A program made the position numbers and the translations under genes. A DNA stretch of 64,000 nt, from the NCBI GenBank assembly GCA_965242525.1, contig OZ251459.1, positions 1,152,001 to 1,216,000 on the forward strand, in the 5' to 3' direction. The notes below the pieces were generated by a model that was given only the letters and a program-made list of their open reading frames with translations, searched no databases and had not been told where the DNA came from. This DNA comes from an uncultured Candidatus Binatia bacterium (lineage in GTDB: Bacteria > Desulfobacterota > Binatia > UBA9968 > JAJDTQ01). Shown here piece by piece: positions 49,041-64,000 of this stretch (positions within the stretch are counted from its first letter, which is position 1; every line of letters starts with the position of its first letter).

Positions 49041-49304
49041 CTAGGGAAAGAAGACCAGCTTGACCAGCAGCCCCAGAAGGGCCGGCACCGAGCTGAATAC
49101 CACCATCTTCAGGGAAGCCAAATCGTGCCGGAGCACGGTGAAGTCTCCCCGGAGCGCGGCGATGTCGTCTTTGAGCAGGGCAACATCGTCCTTGGTGGCG
49201 AGCCACTCGACCACCGGAATCGCGCCGGCCGCGGCCCTGGCCTTCTCCTCGGAGGTCCCGGCTTCGATCAGCGCATCATAGACTTCCGAAACGATCATGC
49301 CCAT
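49041..49304 (-). CDS. Small coiled-coil protein with C-terminal TM, copy B (tandem duplicate)
   Basis: Near-identical to copy A, one heptad shorter; RBS GAGG upstream. Confidence 0.75.
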   Translation of the reverse strand: MGMIVSEVYDALIEAGTSEEKARAAAGAIPVVEWLATKDDVALLKDDIAALRGDFTVLRHDLASLKMVVFSSVPALLGLLVKLVFFP

Positions 49305-49466
49305 TACGTCCTCTCCAAAGCTCTTCCAGCCGAAGGCCGTATCCTGGATACATGGCACCAGAAACGATGGTTGTCAAACTCGACCCGCCGGGTCCGAGTC
49401 TCGCAGGAACCGGCGAGTCTCATGGATCCCCTTTATGGATACCTGTCGGACGCAGGAACGAAATCC

Positions 49467-51674
49467 TTAGCCCCGAGGCCGCGGGATGGTCTGGATATCC
49501 GGCCCGTGTACCGTGCCGCGCCCGGGACGACCCGCTCGGTCTGCCCATGCCCCCGACTCCACGCGGTCTCCCCAGCGGCGCCGCAGCACCTCTCGAACGC
49601 GCCGGGAAGCTCCGCTGCGCAGGTCCGGGTCCTGCGCGAGCCAGTCGCGGGCTTCCCGGCGCGCCTCGGCGAGGACCTCGTGGTCCCGCATCAGGTGGGC
49701 CACCCGGAACCCCTGGGCGCCGGCTTGGCGGGCGCCCAGGAGCTCGCCGGCGCCGCGGAACCGGAGGTCGGCCTCGGCCACCTCGAAGCCGTCCGCGGTC
49801 CGCTCCATGACCTCCAACCGCCGTCGGGACTCGTCGTCCCGGGCGCCGTAGTGGATCAGCACGCAGTGGGATTCGCCGCGCCCTCGCCCTACCCTGCCCC
49901 GTAGCTGGTGCAACTGGGCCAAGCCGAACCGCTCGGCGTGCTCGACGACCATCAGGGTGGCGCCGGGCACGTCGATGCCCACCTCGATGACCGAGGTGGC
50001 CACCAACACCCGGACCTCCCCCTGACGGAAACTCCGCATCACCCGGTCCCGCTCGTCCGCGGGCATCCGGCCGTGGAGCAGGCCCAGGCGGATCCCCTTC
50101 AGGACGGTCCGGGACAGCTCCCGCGCCATGCTCTCGGCCGCGGCCAGCGGCAGCTTGTCCGAGTCTTCCACCCGCGGGCAGACCAGGTAGGCCTGGCGTC
50201 CGCCGCTCACCGCGGCGCGCACCCGCTCATAGACCTTCGACCGGCGGGCGGACGACACCACCACCGTGCGCACCGGCGTCCTGCCCGGCGGCGTTTCGTC
50301 CAGCAGCGACGCTTCCAGGTCGCCGGAAAGGGCCATGGCGAGGCTGCGCGGTATGGGGGTGGCGCTCATCAGCAACAGGTCGGGCTCGGCCCCCGGGGCC
50401 CCCGCGTTCCCGAGGGGAAGCCGCGCCAGCGCACTCCGCTGGCTGACCCCGAAGCGGTGCTGCTCGTCCACGATGCCCAACCCCATGCGCGGGGCCGAGA
50501 CGCCTTCCTGGACGAGGGCGTGGGTGCCCACCACGAAATCCACCTGGCCGTCCCGGATGCGCTCCGCGGTCTCGGTCCTGACGCCCGCGGGAAGCGAACC
50601 CGAAAGCAGCGCCGCGCGCACGCCCAAAGCCTCGGCCCAGGGCCGGAGCCGTTGGTGGTGCTGTTCCGCCAGGAGCTCGGTGGGGGCCAGCAACAGCGCC
50701 TGGCGGCCGTTCTCCACCGCCCGGAGGGCGCTGAGCCACGCGACGACGGTCTTGCCCGATCCCACGTCGCCTTGCAGCAGGCGGCGCATGGGGCGGCTCG
50801 ATTCCATGTCTTGGTGGATCTCCGCCAGCACCCGCTCCTGCCCCGGGGTGAGGCGGTACGGCAGCAGGCGCCGCATGCGGTCGGAGAGCGAGCCGGCCCG
50901 GGCCGGCGAGGGCAGGCCGGGGGTATGCAGCCGCTTCCGTTGCCGCAGGGCCAGGGCCAATTGGAAATAGAAGAACTCGTCGAATACGAGGGACCGATGC
51001 GCCGCGTTCCGGGTCTCTTCGAGGACCCGGGGAGGGAGTCCCGGGTCCGGCCGGTGCACCGCTTCCAGGGCCTGCTCCAGGTCCATGAGCCGCTGCCGGT
51101 CGGCCACCTCCGGGGGCAGGAAGCTGGGCAGGAACGCGCCGAACCGGTCCAGGGCCTGGGCCACCCAGGCCCGGAGGCTCGATTGGGACACGTCGCCGGG
51201 CTTGCCGTAGATGGCGCGCACCTCCGGCCGCGGCGCCGCGCCGGCGTCGAGGGTCTCGAAGTCGGGGTGGTGGATGCCGAGCCGGCCGCCCCGGCCCGGC
51301 GCCGCCCTGCCATAGACCCAAAGGCGCTGCCCCGTGCGCAGGGCGTCGAGGACGTATTGGCCGGGGTTGAACCAGACCAGATCCAGGCTGCCGGTGTCGT
51401 CGGTCAACGCGCCGGTGAGCATGCGCCGGCCGCCGCGGACCCGGCCGGCCCGGAGGCCGGTCAGGCGGCCGGCGAAGGCGCCGCTCTCCCCTGCCGCGGC
51501 GTCGCCAATGGCCCCGGCGCCGCGGCGGTCCTCGTAGCGCAGGGGCAGGTGGTAGAGCAGGTCCTCCACCGTGGCGAGACCCCGGCCCGCGAGCTTGGCG
51601 GCGCGCACCGCGCCGACGCCCTTGAGCGCGTCCGGACCAAGCTGCAAGGCTTCGAAGCAGTCGGCCGGGTCCAT
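49467..51674 (-). CDS. recG: ATP-dependent DNA helicase RecG
   Basis: LLQGDVGSGKT, APTELLAEQH, DEQHRFGV, MSATPIPR, QLHQLRGRVGR. Confidence 0.96.
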   Translation of the reverse strand: MDPADCFEALQLGPDALKGVGAVRAAKLAGRGLATVEDLLYHLPLRYEDRRGAGAIGDAAAGESGAFAGRLTGLRAGRVRGGRRMLTGALTDDTGSLDLVWFNPGQYVLDALRTGQRLWVYGRAAPGRGGRLGIHHPDFETLDAGAAPRPEVRAIYGKPGDVSQSSLRAWVAQALDRFGAFLPSFLPPEVADRQRLMDLEQALEAVHRPDPGLPPRVLEETRNAAHRSLVFDEFFYFQLALALRQRKRLHTPGLPSPARAGSLSDRMRRLLPYRLTPGQERVLAEIHQDMESSRPMRRLLQGDVGSGKTVVAWLSALRAVENGRQALLLAPTELLAEQHHQRLRPWAEALGVRAALLSGSLPAGVRTETAERIRDGQVDFVVGTHALVQEGVSAPRMGLGIVDEQHRFGVSQRSALARLPLGNAGAPGAEPDLLLMSATPIPRSLAMALSGDLEASLLDETPPGRTPVRTVVVSSARRSKVYERVRAAVSGGRQAYLVCPRVEDSDKLPLAAAESMARELSRTVLKGIRLGLLHGRMPADERDRVMRSFRQGEVRVLVATSVIEVGIDVPGATLMVVEHAERFGLAQLHQLRGRVGRGRGESHCVLIHYGARDDESRRRLEVMERTADGFEVAEADLRFRGAGELLGARQAGAQGFRVAHLMRDHEVLAEARREARDWLAQDPDLRSGASRRVREVLRRRWGDRVESGAWADRAGRPGRGTVHGPDIQTIPRPRG

Positions 51675-51817
51675 GGGGGTGGCGTGGTAGGAACGATTCA
51701 CGACGGGAGAACCGGGCCCGGCGCGCCGGCGGCCGCGGGCGGCGTCAGCCATCGGCTTCGTGGCCGCGGCGCCGGCGGCCGGGACTTTCCTCGGGACACC
51801 GCGGGACCGCCCGGCGG

Positions 51818-55036
<3,219 letters not shown>

Positions 55037-55038
55037 GT

Positions 55039-56151
55039 TCAGGACCCGGCCATCAGGTCGCGGAAGCGGGCGAACAGGTACGCCGCGTCGTGGGGGCCCG
55101 GGGACGCCTCGGGATGGTACTGGACCGAGAAGACCGGGTGCTCCCGGTGCCGCAGCCCTTCCACGGTGCGGTCGTTGAGGTTCACGTGGGTCACCTCCGC
55201 CGCCCCCCGCAACGAGTCCGCGTCCACCGCGAAGCCGTGGTTCTGGGTGGTGATCTCCACCTTTCCGGTGGTGAGGTCCATCACCGGCTGGTTGCCGCCG
55301 TGATGGCCGAACTTGAGCTTGAAGGTCCGCCCCCCCATGGCCAGGCCCAGTATCTGGTGCCCCAGGCAGATGCCGAAGATGGGCCGCCGGCCCACCAGTT
55401 GCCGCACCGTGTCCACCGCGTAGGGCACGGCCGCGGGGTCTCCGGGGCCGTTGGACAGGAAGACGCCGTCGGGGTCGAGCGCCAGTACGTCCTCGGCCGG
55501 CGTGTGGGCGGGCAGCACGGTCACCGCGCAACCCGCCTCCACCAGACCTCGAAGGATGTTGAACTTGATGCCGTAATCGTAGGCCGCCACGTGGAAACGC
55601 GGCTCCGGCGCCGGACGGAATCCGCTCCCCATGCGCCAGCCCCCCTGGTCCCAGGCATAGGGCTCCCGGCAACTCACGTTCCGCACCAGGTCCCTGCCCA
55701 CGAGACCCGGCGCCCGCTGCGCTTTCTCCGCCAGCGCTACGGCTTCGCCGCCCGCCGTGGAGATGATTCCCTGCTGGGCGCCTTCCCGGCGGATGTGGGT
55801 CACCAGGGACCGGGTATCGACTCCCTGGATGCCTACGATGCCGTGCTCCTGCATGTAGTCGTGCAGCGCCCGGGTGGCGCGCCAGTTGCTGGGCACGGAG
55901 CAGTATTCCTTGACGATGAACCCCTTGACGTAGGGCCGGCGCGATTCGTCGTCCTCCGGGTTCACCCCCACGTTGCCGATCTCCGGATAGGTCATGGCCA
56001 CGAGCTGGCCTTCGTAGGACGGATCGGTGAGGATCTCCTGGTATCCCGTCATGCTGGTGTTGAACACCACCTCCCCCGCGGCCTCCCCCTGGCTGCCGAA
56101 GGAGCGGCCCGCGAACGAGGTCCCGTCCGCCAGTGTCAGTGTCGCTTTCAT
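55039..56151 (-). CDS. carA: Carbamoyl-phosphate synthase small subunit
   Basis: [38 protein letters not shown]. Confidence 0.98.
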   Translation of the reverse strand: MKATLTLADGTSFAGRSFGSQGEAAGEVVFNTSMTGYQEILTDPSYEGQLVAMTYPEIGNVGVNPEDDESRRPYVKGFIVKEYCSVPSNWRATRALHDYMQEHGIVGIQGVDTRSLVTHIRREGAQQGIISTAGGEAVALAEKAQRAPGLVGRDLVRNVSCREPYAWDQGGWRMGSGFRPAPEPRFHVAAYDYGIKFNILRGLVEAGCAVTVLPAHTPAEDVLALDPDGVFLSNGPGDPAAVPYAVDTVRQLVGRRPIFGICLGHQILGLAMGGRTFKLKFGHHGGNQPVMDLTTGKVEITTQNHGFAVDADSLRGAAEVTHVNLNDRTVEGLRHREHPVFSVQYHPEASPGPHDAAYLFARFRDLMAGS

Positions 56152-56162
56152 GGGGTCCGATT

Positions 56163-56184
56163 CCCTCCCCCTCGAAGGGGAGGG
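56163..56184. repeat. REP-like hairpin upstream of carA
   Basis: CCCTCCCC-CTCGAA-GGGGAGGG. Confidence 0.45.
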
Positions 56185-56204
56185 TTATCCGGCGGCGCCG
56201 GCCG

Positions 56205-56660
56205 CTACGGGCGCGGCGCGGTTCTCTCGATCAGGACCTTGAGCGCTTCCCCTTGCTCCTTGAGCGCTGCCCCCTGCTGCTTGAGCGCTTCTCCCTGCTG
56301 GTCCATGCCCTTGATGAGGGCTTCGAGGGCGCGCATTGCTTCCCGGTGGCGTTGGTCCTCGCGCTTCTCACGTTGGTCCTCGCGTTTCTCACGTTGGTCC
56401 TCGCGCTTCTCACGTTGGTCCTCGCGCTTCTCTTCTCGCGCGGCGCGGTCCTCGTTGACCCTGACCATCCGGTTGATTCCGTAGATGACGGCGACGATCT
56501 GCCCGGCCCCGACGACGAGGGCGACGAGCGGGATGGCGATAGCGGCCCAAAGCTGCCAGTGCTGCAAGGAAAGCGCGGCGTTCTGGTAGGCAAGCGTGCC
56601 CTGCTGGTAGGCAAGCGTGGCTTGCTGGTAGGCGACCGTTGCGGCTTCGAACTCCGTCAT
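56205..56660 (-). CDS. Small membrane protein with three separate heptad (21 bp) repeat arrays
   Basis: (xTLAYQQ)x3, TM segment, (REDQREK)x~4, (QQGEALK)x3; RBS AAGGAG. Confidence 0.75.
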   Translation of the reverse strand: MTEFEAATVAYQQATLAYQQGTLAYQNAALSLQHWQLWAAIAIPLVALVVGAGQIVAVIYGINRMVRVNEDRAAREEKREDQREKREDQREKREDQREKREDQRHREAMRALEALIKGMDQQGEALKQQGAALKEQGEALKVLIERTAPRP

Positions 56661-56688
56661 GCCGGTTCTCCTTTCCGTGGTGGGAGCG

Positions 56689-56727
56689 CGTCCTCCGATT
56701 TCGCTCCGCTACGCTCGGGACGAACGG
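56689..56727. repeat. Diverged REP-like core without TIRs, flanked by ~20 bp direct repeats
   Basis: CGTCCTCCGATTTCGCTCCGCTACGCTCGGGACGAACGG; CCGGTTCTCCTT at 56662 and 56739. Confidence 0.7.
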
Positions 56728-56793
56728 GGTTTGCGGTCCCGGTTCTCCTTCCACGTGGTTCCGGGTTTCCTTCCATGGTATCGCCGCGGGAGG

Positions 56794-57456
56794 TCAATGG
56801 ATCAGGCGGCCGATGCGCCACCAGCGCAGCCGGCGGTTCTCCGAATCCCATGACCAGTACTTGACGAAGGCGCGGCCGCGGATGTCCTCGATGGGCACGA
56901 AGCCCCAGAACCGGCTGTCCAGGCTCCGGTCCCGGTTGTCGCCCATGACGAACACGCGCCCCTCGGGGACCTTCGCCGGACCGAAGTTGTCGCGGACGTG
57001 GCCCGCGCCCAGGACCGCGCCCCGGTCCTCGAAGTGGGCGTGGGCGTCCTCCACCGGCTCGCCGTTGATATAGACCTTCTTGTCCCGGATCACGACCTCG
57101 TCCCCGGGCACTGCCACCACCCGCTTGATGAAGTCCTTGCAGCGATCCCGGGGATAGACGAACACCACCACGTCGCCGCGCTCCGGGATGTCCCATTCCA
57201 TGACCTGGGAGCCCCGGGCCAGGTCCACGCACCCGGCGAAGGGCAGCCAGTTGACGTCCGGGAGCCGCACCCCGTAGGATAGCTTGTTGACCAGGATGTG
57301 GTCGCCGATGGCCAGGGTGGGGATCATGGACCCCGACGGGATCTTGAACGCCTGCACCACGAAGGCGCGCAGGAACAGCGCCGCCAGCAGCGCGATGACG
57401 ATGGCTTCGGCGTACTCCCGGACGACGGTCTTTCTGGTTTTCGGCGGTCTGGCCAC
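56794..57456 (-). CDS. lepB: Signal peptidase I
   Basis: QAFKIPSGSM.PTL..GD, FIKRV, MGDNRD.S.DSRFWGFVP; start approximate. Confidence 0.95.
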   Translation of the reverse strand: MARPPKTRKTVVREYAEAIVIALLAALFLRAFVVQAFKIPSGSMIPTLAIGDHILVNKLSYGVRLPDVNWLPFAGCVDLARGSQVMEWDIPERGDVVVFVYPRDRCKDFIKRVVAVPGDEVVIRDKKVYINGEPVEDAHAHFEDRGAVLGAGHVRDNFGPAKVPEGRVFVMGDNRDRSLDSRFWGFVPIEDIRGRAFVKYWSWDSENRRLRWWRIGRLIH

Positions 57457-57494
57457 GGAAGGGGTCCCTGTGGAGGAACTTAACAGTTCATGGG

Positions 57495-59283
<1,789 letters not shown>

Positions 59284-59294
<11 letters not shown>

Positions 59295-60591
59295 GACCCC
59301 GTCCGATGCAATAATAGGTGAAACCGTGCCGCTGCATCACCGCGGGGTCATAGAGGTTGCGGCCGTCGAAGACCACCGGTCGATGCAGCAGCCCCTTCAG
59401 GCGCGCGAAGTCCGGGCTGCGGAACTCGTTCCATTCCGTCAGCACCAGCACGCCATCGGCGCCGTCGGCCGCTTCGTAATTGCTGCGACCGTACTCGATG
59501 CGCTCGCCGTAGCGCTTGCGCGCCTCGGCCATGCCCCCGGGATCGAAGGCCCGCACCCGCGCCCCCCCTTGCAGCAGGCCGTCGATGACCCGGAGCGCCG
59601 GCGACTCCCGCACGTCGTCGGTCCGGGCCTTGAAGGCGAGGCCCCATACCGCCAGCGCGAGCCCGGCCAGCCGGCCGCGGAAATGCGCCCGGACCTTCTC
59701 CAGCAACAGCCCCTTCTGGGTCTCGTTCACCCGGTCCACGGCCCGGAGCAGCGGCATCTCCAGCTCGCGGCCGCCCATGGCGATCATGGCCCGGACGTCC
59801 TTGGGCAGGCAGGAGCCGCCGTAGCCGATGCCGGGAAAGATGAACTGGGGGCCGATGCGCGGGTCCAGGGCCATGATGCGCCGGACCTGCTCCACGTCCG
59901 CCCCCTCCTTCTCGCACAGGCGCGCGGTCTCGTTCATGAAGGAGATCTTCGCGGCCAGTATCCCGTTGGCGGCGTACTTGCTCAACTCGGCGCTCCGGGA
60001 GTCGGTCACGATGATGCGCTCCCCCTTCCTCATGAAAGGCTCGTACAGGCCCTTGAGGCGCTCCAGCGAAACCGCGTCCTCGCCCCCCAGCACCACCCGG
60101 TCGGGCTTCATGAAGTCCTCCACCGCGTTCCCCTCCTTCAGGAACTCGGGGTTCGACACTACCGCCGCCGCGTGTCCCGTGCGCGATTGGATGATCTCCC
60201 TCACCCGGTCCGCGGTGCCCACCGGGACAGTGCTCTTGGTCACCACGATCCGGGGGCCGTCCATGGCCCGGGCGATGTGCTCGGCCGCGGCGAGCACATG
60301 GCTCAGGTCGGCCTCGCCCGAAGCCGCCTGGGGCGTGCCCACCGCGATGAACACGGTCTCCGCCCCTCGCACCGCCTCGGCCAAGTCGGTGGAGAACGAC
60401 AGCCTGCCCTCCCGGGCGTTGCGCCGGATCAGCTCCTCGAGCCCGCGCTCGTAGAACGGCGCCCGTCCCTGCCGGAGCTGCCCGATCTTCTCCCCGTCCA
60501 CGTCCACGCACACCACGTCGTTGCCCATCTCGGCGAAGCAACTCCCGGTCACCAGCCCCACGTAACCCGTACCGACCATTGCGATGTTCAT
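59284..60591 (-). CDS. ugd: UDP-glucose 6-dehydrogenase
   Basis: [33 protein letters not shown]. Confidence 0.93.
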
Positions 60592-60613
60592 GCGGCGCCT
60601 GCACGGACCGGGT

Positions 60614-61519
60614 TCAGAGACGGAAGCGGGTCAACTCCACGAAACGCCGGTAACGTTCGTCGATCTCCCCCCGGTCCAGGGCCAGCAGCCGCCGGGGACC
60701 GAAGTCCTCCACCGTGAACGACGCGGTGACGTTGCCATAGACGATGGCGCGCCGGAGGGCGTCCTCGCCGGGGTCCCCGGCCGCGGCCAAGCAACCCATG
60801 AAGGCGCCGGCGAACGAGTCCCCCGCGCCGGTGGGGTCGAGCACTTCCTCCAGCGGGTAGGCCGGCGCCACGAAGGCCGAAGAGTCGGAGAACTGGAAGA
60901 CTCCGTACTCGCCGCGCTTGACGAGCACCGTCCGGGGACCCATCTCCAGTATGGCGCGGGCGGCCCGGACGATGTTGTGACGGCCGCTCAACATGCGCGC
61001 TTCCGAGTCGTTGATGACCACGGTCTCCACCCGTTCCAGGACTTTCGCGAGGTCTCCGGGGCTCTCGCGGATCCAGTGGTCCATGGTGTCGCAGGCCACC
61101 AGCCGCGGCCGCCGCAACCGGGACAGGACCTCCAACTGGACGGCCGGGGCGATGTTGCCGAGGAAGGCGTACTCGGTGTCCCCGTATCCGCCCGGCACCA
61201 GAGGGACGAAGTCCTCGAGCACGTTGAGCCGGACCTCCAGGGTGTCCCGGACGTTCAGGTCCTCGTGGTACCGTCCGCGCCAGACGAAGGTGTCGCCCCG
61301 GGCCCGTTGCAATCCTTCCAGGTCCACCCCGCGGCGCGCCAGCGCGTCCAGGTGGTGGTCCGGGAAGTCCTCGCCCACCACCCCCACCAGCCGCACCGGG
61401 GCGAAGAACGCCGCGGCCGCGGCGAAATACGCGGCCGACCCCCCCAGGACCCGGTCCACACTGCCGTGAGGGGTCTCGATGGAGTCGAAGGCCACCGAAC
61501 CCACCACGAGAACGCTCAT
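60614..61519 (-). CDS. PfkB family carbohydrate/nucleoside kinase
   Basis: GGSA.Y, GVVG.DF, N..EA, DPTGAGDSFAG. Confidence 0.92.
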   Translation of the reverse strand: MSVLVVGSVAFDSIETPHGSVDRVLGGSAAYFAAAAAFFAPVRLVGVVGEDFPDHHLDALARRGVDLEGLQRARGDTFVWRGRYHEDLNVRDTLEVRLNVLEDFVPLVPGGYGDTEYAFLGNIAPAVQLEVLSRLRRPRLVACDTMDHWIRESPGDLAKVLERVETVVINDSEARMLSGRHNIVRAARAILEMGPRTVLVKRGEYGVFQFSDSSAFVAPAYPLEEVLDPTGAGDSFAGAFMGCLAAAGDPGEDALRRAIVYGNVTASFTVEDFGPRRLLALDRGEIDERYRRFVELTRFRL

Positions 61520-61574
61520 GGTCACCCTCCTCCCGAACGCGACGGCCGCGGTCCCGCGCCCTTCGGAGAATCGG

Positions 61575-61724
61575 GGAACACCCGAAGAATCGAGACATCG
61601 AGGACAGATTCCCTCACCCTGACCCTCCTGTTTCCGTTCGCCACTATCTCCGTTCGTCCTGAGCGTAGCGAAGCGAAGTCGAAGGACGTACCCATCTCCC
61701 CTGTCCCGATCGTCCAGAGGTTCC
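61575..61724. mobile_element. 150 bp MITE, inverted relative to the 42970-43101 copy
   Basis: Degenerate TIRs, flanks TCGG/TCAG (the latter contains the mtnP stop), core on the minus strand, shares ATTCCCTCACCCTGACCCT with the 43 kb copy. Confidence 0.8.
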
Positions 61725-62588
61725 TCAGAGATACTTGTCGATCAGCGGCGCCAGCTTCTTCCGGGCGGCCTCGGGGATCACCGACCGGTCCGTGACGATG
61801 GCGACGCTCAGGGCGGTGGCGCAGGGGCAGGCGCGCTCGGGCGCCAGGCGCTCCACCGCGCCCCGGATGATCCTCTTGGCCACGTCCGCGTTCCGCTGCA
61901 GCACCGCGATGATCTCCTCGATCTCCACGTCCCCCGCCTCCTCGTTCCAGCAGTCGTAGTCGGTGGCCAGGGCGATGGTGGCGAAGCAGATCTCCGCCTC
62001 GCGGGCCAGCTTCGCTTCCTGCAGGTTGGTCATGCCGATGACGTCCGCCCCCCAACTCCGGTAGAGGTGCGATTCGGCGCGGGTGGAGAACTGCGGCCCC
62101 TCCATGCAGACGTAGGTGCCCCGGCCGTGCGCCCGTATGTCCTCGGCCCCGGCCGCCTCGGTCACCGCGGCGCGCAGGAGAGCGCAGAAAGGGTCCGCGA
62201 ACTGGACGTGGGCCACCACGCCGTCGCCGAAGAACGTGCTCGGGCGCTTGCTCGTGCGGTCGATGAACTGGTCCGGCACCACCACGTGGCCCGGAGCGAT
62301 CTCCTGCCGGAGGCTGCCCACCGCGCTCACCGACAGCACCCGCTCCACCCCCAGCTTCTTCATGCCGAAGATGTTGGCGCGGTTGTTGACCTCGGTGGGC
62401 AGCAGCCGGTGCCCCTTGCCGTGGCGCGGCAGGAAGACCATCTCCGCCCCGCCGAGGGAACCGGTCACGAAAGGCCCCGAGGGCTCCCCGAAAGGGGTGT
62501 CCACCTCCAGCTCCCGCACGTTGCCCAGCTCCTCCATCTCGTAGAGGCCGGTGCCGCCGATGACGCCCAAAGTCGCTTTCCCTTCCAT
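61725..62588 (-). CDS. mtnP: S-methyl-5'-thioadenosine phosphorylase
   Basis: GVIGGTG, RHGKGH, SAVGSL, EGPQFSTRAES, IGMT..EAKLAREA, TDYDCW. Confidence 0.94.
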   Translation of the reverse strand: MEGKATLGVIGGTGLYEMEELGNVRELEVDTPFGEPSGPFVTGSLGGAEMVFLPRHGKGHRLLPTEVNNRANIFGMKKLGVERVLSVSAVGSLRQEIAPGHVVVPDQFIDRTSKRPSTFFGDGVVAHVQFADPFCALLRAAVTEAAGAEDIRAHGRGTYVCMEGPQFSTRAESHLYRSWGADVIGMTNLQEAKLAREAEICFATIALATDYDCWNEEAGDVEIEEIIAVLQRNADVAKRIIRGAVERLAPERACPCATALSVAIVTDRSVIPEAARKKLAPLIDKYL

Positions 62589-62607
62589 CGTTCGGTCTCC
62601 TGTCCCG

Positions 62608-63747
62608 TCAGGGTTCCCCGGCAAGCCGGCCGCCCGCAGGCGCTCCGGGCTCCACCGGGGGGAAGGCCCGCCCGCCCACCGCGGCCGCGGGTTCCGCGGC
62701 GTGGTGCAACTGCCCGCAGGCCGCCTGGATGTCGTCGCCCCGGGGCCGCCGCACGTGGGCCTGGATCCGGCGGCGGCGCAGCTTTTCCGCGAACCTCTCG
62801 ACGACGCGGTCCGGCGGCCGGCGAAAACCGCTCCCCTCGTGGGGGTTGAAGGGTATGAGGTTCACCTTGCAACGGATGCCGCGCAGCCTGGCCGCCAGCT
62901 CCGCGGCGTCCTCCAGGCTGTCGTTCCGGCCCCGGATCAGCAGGTACTCGAAGGTGATCCGCTTGCGCCGCGGCAGCGGCAGGGACCGGCAGCAGTCGAG
63001 TAGCTGCGACACGGGGTACTTCCGGTTCACGGGCATGAGCTCGGAACGCACCGAGTCGCGCACGGAATGGAGCGAGACTGCGAGGTTGACGGCTGTTTCC
63101 TCCATGAGCCGGCGCATCTGCGGCAACAGCCCCACGGTGGAGACGGTGATCTTCCGGGGCGAGACGCCCATGCCGCTGTGCGCGTCGGTGAGGACGTCCA
63201 GGGCGCCGCGGACGGCGTCGTAGTTGGCCAACGGCTCGCCCATGCCCATGAACACCAGGTTCGAGATGTGCTCGTCCCCGGGGCGCCGGCGCTGCGCCTC
63301 CAGGACCTGTCCCACGATCTCCGCCTGGGTCAGGTTGCGCCGGAGCCCCATGCGCGCGGTGGCGCAGAAGACGCAGCCCAGTCCGCACCCGGCCTGGGTC
63401 GAGACGCACAGCGTCACCCGGTCCTGCTCCGGGATGTGGACCGTCTCCACCGCGGCGCCATCGGACAGGCGGAACAGGTACTTGACCGAACCGTCCCGGG
63501 ACGAGAGGCGCCGCTGCATCACGAGGCTGCCCACCACGAAGTCCCGGGCCAGGGCCTGGCGCAACTCCCCGGATAGGTCGGTCATGCACTCGAAGGACGT
63601 GGCCCGCTTGCGGAAGACCCACCGCCGGATCTGGTGGGCGCGGTAACTCGGGAGTCCCCGGGCGTGCAGCCATGCCTCCAGCTCCGCCCGGGCCAGCCCC
63701 TCGATGGGCCGCCGGGCCCCTGGCGAATCGCTTGCGAGAGGCGTCAT
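62608..63747 (-). CDS. rlmN: Dual-specificity 23S rRNA A2503/tRNA methyltransferase
   Basis: CVSTQAGC..GC.FC, VFMGMGEPL, NLIPFN, DI.AACGQL; start approximate. Confidence 0.95.
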   Translation of the reverse strand: MTPLASDSPGARRPIEGLARAELEAWLHARGLPSYRAHQIRRWVFRKRATSFECMTDLSGELRQALARDFVVGSLVMQRRLSSRDGSVKYLFRLSDGAAVETVHIPEQDRVTLCVSTQAGCGLGCVFCATARMGLRRNLTQAEIVGQVLEAQRRRPGDEHISNLVFMGMGEPLANYDAVRGALDVLTDAHSGMGVSPRKITVSTVGLLPQMRRLMEETAVNLAVSLHSVRDSVRSELMPVNRKYPVSQLLDCCRSLPLPRRKRITFEYLLIRGRNDSLEDAAELAARLRGIRCKVNLIPFNPHEGSGFRRPPDRVVERFAEKLRRRRIQAHVRRPRGDDIQAACGQLHHAAEPAAAVGGRAFPPVEPGAPAGGRLAGEP

Positions 63748-63848
63748 GGGCAAACGCGCGGCGCGGCCTTGGAGGACGGGCGCAAGGTCCGTTTGACGTC
63801 CCGGCCCGGGATCCCCGTCCGAGTCCGCGGCGTGGACGCCGGGGCCCG

Positions 63849-64000
63849 TCACTCCTCCGGGGCCTGGAGCTCGTCCGCGGCGAAGAAGAAGGCGATCTCC
63901 GCGGCCGCGGTCTCGGGGGCGTCGGAACCGTGCACGGCGTTGGCCTCCACGTTCGTGCCCCAGTCCTTGCGGATGGTCCCCGGCGCGGCCCGGGCCGGGT
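63849..64000 (-). CDS. ndk: Nucleoside diphosphate kinase, C-terminal part
   Basis: Manual translation [39 protein letters not shown]; ndk-rlmN order. Confidence 0.93.
   Translation of the reverse strand, partial: PARAAPGTIRKDWGTNVEANAVHGSDAPETAAAEIAFFFAADELQAPEE

Noticed and set aside
56350-56435. Tandem 21 bp repeats as a CRISPR array
   Set aside because: No spacers, repeats lie in frame within a CDS, no cas genes

Overview
A GC-rich bacterial chromosome segment. Its gene content (many ABC transporters, amidohydrolase, LLM, VOC and UbiD enzymes, expanded membrane glycosyltransferase-like genes) suggests, by inference only, a deltaproteobacterial/Binatota-like and possibly host-associated organism. 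The window very probably spans the replication terminus: a dif-like XerC/XerD site lies at 39881-39908 and gene orientation converges on it. The left part (1-39.9 kb) is accessory and catabolic: a divergent split Fe-S hydro-lyase, four GT-C-like membrane proteins (two from a recent ~2.25 kb duplication around tRNA-Arg), two ABC systems, UbiD, an AAA-ATPase/TOPRIM pair (candidate defence system), a diiron-oxidase/cyclase/aldolase cluster and a sulfide-oxidation module. The right part (40-64 kb) is mostly minus-strand housekeeping genes (miaB, hom, alaC, recG, carBA, lepB, lepA, ugd, mtnP, rlmN, ndk). The strongest find is a sulfide:quinone oxidoreductase-like flavoprotein whose second catalytic Cys position is an in-frame TGA followed by a SECIS-like hairpin and an intact C-terminus. 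It is a probable selenocysteine SQR, next to a persulfide dioxygenase-rhodanese fusion and a small protein with HiPIP-like Cys spacing. A family of short IS5-like MITEs carrying a REP-like core is also present. All calls come from reading the sequence by eye; no searches were run.
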